DNA of 64,000 nt from Lama glama (taxonomy: Eukaryota): the NCBI GenBank assembly GCA_028534125.1, contig CM052817.1, positions 684,001 through 748,000 of the forward strand, read 5' to 3'. A program made the translations under genes and the position numbers. Positions 60,847 to 64,000 of the stretch are shown here, one piece after another (position 1 is the first letter of the stretch; every line of letters starts with the position of its first letter). The notes beneath the pieces are model-generated. The model made no database searches. It had not been told where the DNA came from and saw only the letters and a program-made list of their open reading frames with translations.

Positions 60847-61515
60847 GAGCTGAGCTAAGATACATAATGTGGTGTCTACATCGTAACCGTCTTAGGTGTG
60901 CGCGTTGGGGCGTTACATACGTTCCCACCGCTGCAGCCAGCGCCGTTCGTCACCAGGTCTCTTCTGTCCCCTCCTCAGAAACTCTGGGCCTAGTCAACAC
61001 GGACTCCCCATCCCCCCACCCCGGTTCCCACCACCCTGCTCTCTCCTCTGTGGAGCTGACTGCTTCAGACACCAGAGCAGAGTGTGTTCAGTGTTCATCC
61101 TCGCCATAGCAGGTGTCAGAATCTCCTTCCTTTTTAAGCCTGAATAACATTCTGCCATGTGGACGGACCATGTTCTTCCATCCTTGGACACTTGAGTGGC
61201 TTCCACATCTTAGCTGTCTTGAAGGATGCGGCCGTAAACATGGGTGTGCAAGTCTCTCGTCAAGACCCCACTTTTAATTCTTTGGGACACATACCCAGGG
61301 GTGGGATTGCAAGATCATACGGCAACACAACTTTTAAATGTTTGAGGACCCTCCGTACTGTTTTCCTCAGTGGCTGCACCTACATTCCCACCAACAGTGC
61401 ACAAGTCTCCAGTTTCTCCAAGTCCTCGTCAGCACCTCGTATTCTCTGGCTCTTCCATAGTGGCCGACCCCATGGGCGTGAGGAGGTAGCTCGCTGTGGT
61501 TCGACTTGCACTTGC
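60847..61515 (-). mobile_element. LINE-1 (L1MB-like) 3' UTR
   Basis: gtgtcagaatctccttcctttttaagcctgaataacattc, aaacatgggtgtgcaagtctctc, ttttaattctttgggacacataccca, cattcccaccaacagtgcacaag; same family as 212-1935. Confidence 0.88.
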
Positions 61516-62379
61516 TTCCGTTTTTGTGGAACGTGGACACAAACACAAGCGTCGACAGGTCTGTGTCAAGGACCCCAGGGACCCCTTGCCCCTCAAGTCA
61601 CCAGTTCAGGAATCTGGCTTCACCTCTGCCTCCCCTCGCCCCCAGGTCACCGAGAAGTGGGTTCTCCACACAAACCCTTCCATCCACTGTGCTTCAGGGC
61701 ATATTTCCAGAAGATAAAGGGGCTTTGAACAAGACCACAGTGCACCATTCACCAGAAATGACCCCACCGACTCCCAGCAGACTGAACATCCCGGCCGTGC
61801 TGGTCCCCGTGTCTGCGGGGTTTCCTCCCGGCGTGTTGACACCAGGACCTCTGACCAGGCCTCTCCTGATGCACAAGCCGCGGGGAAATGAAGTCACCCC
61901 TACTTTCATCCTCCAGGCACCTGGAGAACAATCCCACCCCCCACCCCACGCCCCGTCCCCTGCCCCCTCTGCCACAGGCTGGGATGGACCCTGGATGGCT
62001 GGCCAGTGGGGGGGGGGACAGAGAGAGGCCCCTGAGCTGGCCATGGGAGAGACTTGGCTGGTGGGGGAGGCAGGGGGCAGGTGGGCGGACAGCAGAGCAG
62101 GACTGGATGGGAAGACTGGGCGGTCGGCCAGGTTCTGGGGTGCGGTGCACTTGCCCCCACGCTCCACCTGCAGTCTCCTGGAAGGCAGCAGAAGTCCCTG
62201 GTCACGGTCCCACGCCCAGGGTCTGGCAGCACCCTGCCCTGCCCTGAATCCCAGTCCCCTCCCAGCACTCATCTGGCCCGCTCGGCGCCCGGTGGCCTCC
62301 AGGAGGCGGGGACGCGCATCACCCGACGTCCTTCCCTGGCCCCCGCTCCTCGCCCGAGGGAGAGCCATTTGGACCTGCC

Positions 62380-62470
62380 CAAGCTGAACAATACAATATT
62401 TCTGTTGAGCTGTGAAGTTGATTAATAATTTGGAAATGAAATCAATACGCTCTGCTTTTCATTCCCCGAG
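62380..62470. promoter_or_regulatory. Short candidate conserved non-coding element
   Basis: gaacaatacaata (SOX), gttgattaataatttgg, AAATCAATA 62439-62447. Confidence 0.5.
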
Positions 62471-63769
62471 TGTCCCGTGCACGGGGACGCCACCCAGGCA
62501 GCTGCCGCCCCCGGTGGGGCTGGGGTGCTGTGGCCGCCGCAGACCTGCTGACCTGAATTCACCTTGCATTCTCTGCAGAAGCAGAAGCACCGCGGGCTGC
62601 AGATCCTTGGCGCCTCACCTCGGAGCAGGGCACCTGTCCCGCCTTCACCCCAGGGCCCCTGCAGGGATGGCATGTCCCTTGTCTGGGGTCCCAGTGGGCC
62701 TGGCCATCTCCCCGTGTCCCTCACTCCCACAGGGAGTCCCGGGTCTGCACCCACCCACCTCCCTCACAGTCACTGAAGCTGCTGAGATGGGTGCTCAGCC
62801 ACGTCCCCTGCAGCTTCCCTGGGCTTGTGGTCCCCCAAGACCCCCCGATCATTGCTGCTGAGCTTCCTGGCTGCAGCATGCAGGGGCTGGGGCTGCTTCC
62901 ACACTAGCCCCTCTGCCGTCCCCCAGGACCCCCCAGTCCTGCCCACTGCCCACCTCCCAACCCCCGTGCACAGAGTTCAGGCGCAGCAGCCCCCACGCTG
63001 CTCCCAGGAAGCCCACTCCCCACCCGGCCCGCCAGCTCCTGTCTAGGGGTTAGAAGGGTGGCGTCGGTCCTGCGGATTCAGCCACCAGACCCAGAGCTGG
63101 CCCTGCAGGTTCATCCCCGGGCAGAGGGAGTGAGGGGATGAGTGAGCGAACAGAGTCTGCAGAGACACAAATGCTTCCAGGGTTCACGGGGGTGGTGACC
63201 TGAGGACACAGGGGAGCCCCAGTTTTGGGGGCCAGAGCAGCAAGGCACGCCCCAATGCTAGACAGGGGGGGTGTCTAGGGGACCACAGAGAGTGCGGGGG
63301 TGGGGGCAGGAGACTCAGAACAGGGAAGGGGCTTGGGTGGGCAGGAGGCCCCCAACGGGCTAGGGTAGGTCAGGGGATAGGCGGACAAATCCTGAAGACC
63401 CATCCCCAGGGCTCAGTGTATCAGGCCTTCAGCGTTCACAGTCAATGGTCAGTGAGGAGGCTGCCCCACCGCCCCACCGTCCACCCCCTCAGCTGTCCCA
63501 GAGCCCTGCCTGGACATGCCCTGCCAACTCCATGCACTCAGCCATGCGGGCGCAAGGCTGGCGTCCGGCCCTGCCCTGCCCAGGCCGGCAGAGCTGCCCC
63601 CGCTCCACTCCCCTGGAGCCTCGCTCCCGCAGCAGCAGCAGCACCCAGCAGGCCCCTCTCAGGCCTCCCAGAGGTTGGAGCCCCTGCTCGGCCCCAGAGC
63701 ATCGGCAGGGCTGCCATCCTGGTCCCTGTGACCAGCCCTGTGGCCTCTCCTGATGCCACCTGTGTGTCT

Positions 63770-63860
63770 TTGAGCTCTGCCTGTGACCTTGGGCAGGTCC
63801 CTGAGGCCCAGGCACCTCGCCTGGAACGTGGGGACACAGGACAGAGCCCCGGGCTTCTGG
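63770..63860 (+). mobile_element. MIR SINE fragment, GC-eroded
   Basis: ctgtgaccttgggcaggtccct...cacctcgcctggaacgtggggac. Confidence 0.45.
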
Positions 63861-63920
63861 GTGAGCAGTCTGGCACTCAGCCCGGCTAGGCGCGCGGTGC
63901 TTCCCTCGCTGGGGCAACAG

Positions 63921-63947
63921 CGCGCGTGCGCACACACACACACACAC
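63921..63947. repeat. (CG)/(CA)n alternating purine-pyrimidine tract
   Basis: cgcgcgtgcgcacacacacacacacac. Confidence 0.8.
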
Positions 63948-64000
63948 TGTTCACTTGCTCAGACTGGGCCAGGTGTGGGGCTGTGGGGTCCAGCCCCTGG

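Noticed and set aside
1..64000. Naming the locus or target gene
   Set aside because: Several GC-rich developmental loci share this architecture and no exon is present to tell them apart; needs a synteny search.

Overview
Mammalian genomic DNA, most likely camelid (alpaca or camel), judged from a tRNA-Ala-derived vic-1-type SINE at 60751-60846. Most of the window is very GC-rich and looks subtelomeric. It has two assembly gaps (500 N and 100 N). I cannot support any protein-coding gene: the only recognisable peptides in the ORF track are degraded LINE-1 ORF2 fragments, and the other ORFs are what stop-poor GC-rich DNA yields by chance. What is present: (1) about 20 short, non-repetitive AT-rich islands packed with homeodomain, TALE, ONECUT, SOX and FOX motifs, which I infer to be a conserved-non-coding-element or enhancer array serving a developmental gene outside the window; (2) an orphan CpG island with promoter-like layout near 27.1-27.6 kb; (3) L1, L2, MIR, MaLR/ERVL LTR and MER63 relics, with nested stacks at 0.2-4.5 kb and 41-47 kb; (4) an unidentified ~1 kb retrocopy with target-site duplication and poly(A) tail at 45683-46720; (5) two minisatellites. 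Repeat subfamily names come from memory of consensus sequences, and conservation cannot be measured here. I found no evidence for a new protein-based system; the best leads are regulatory and evolutionary.
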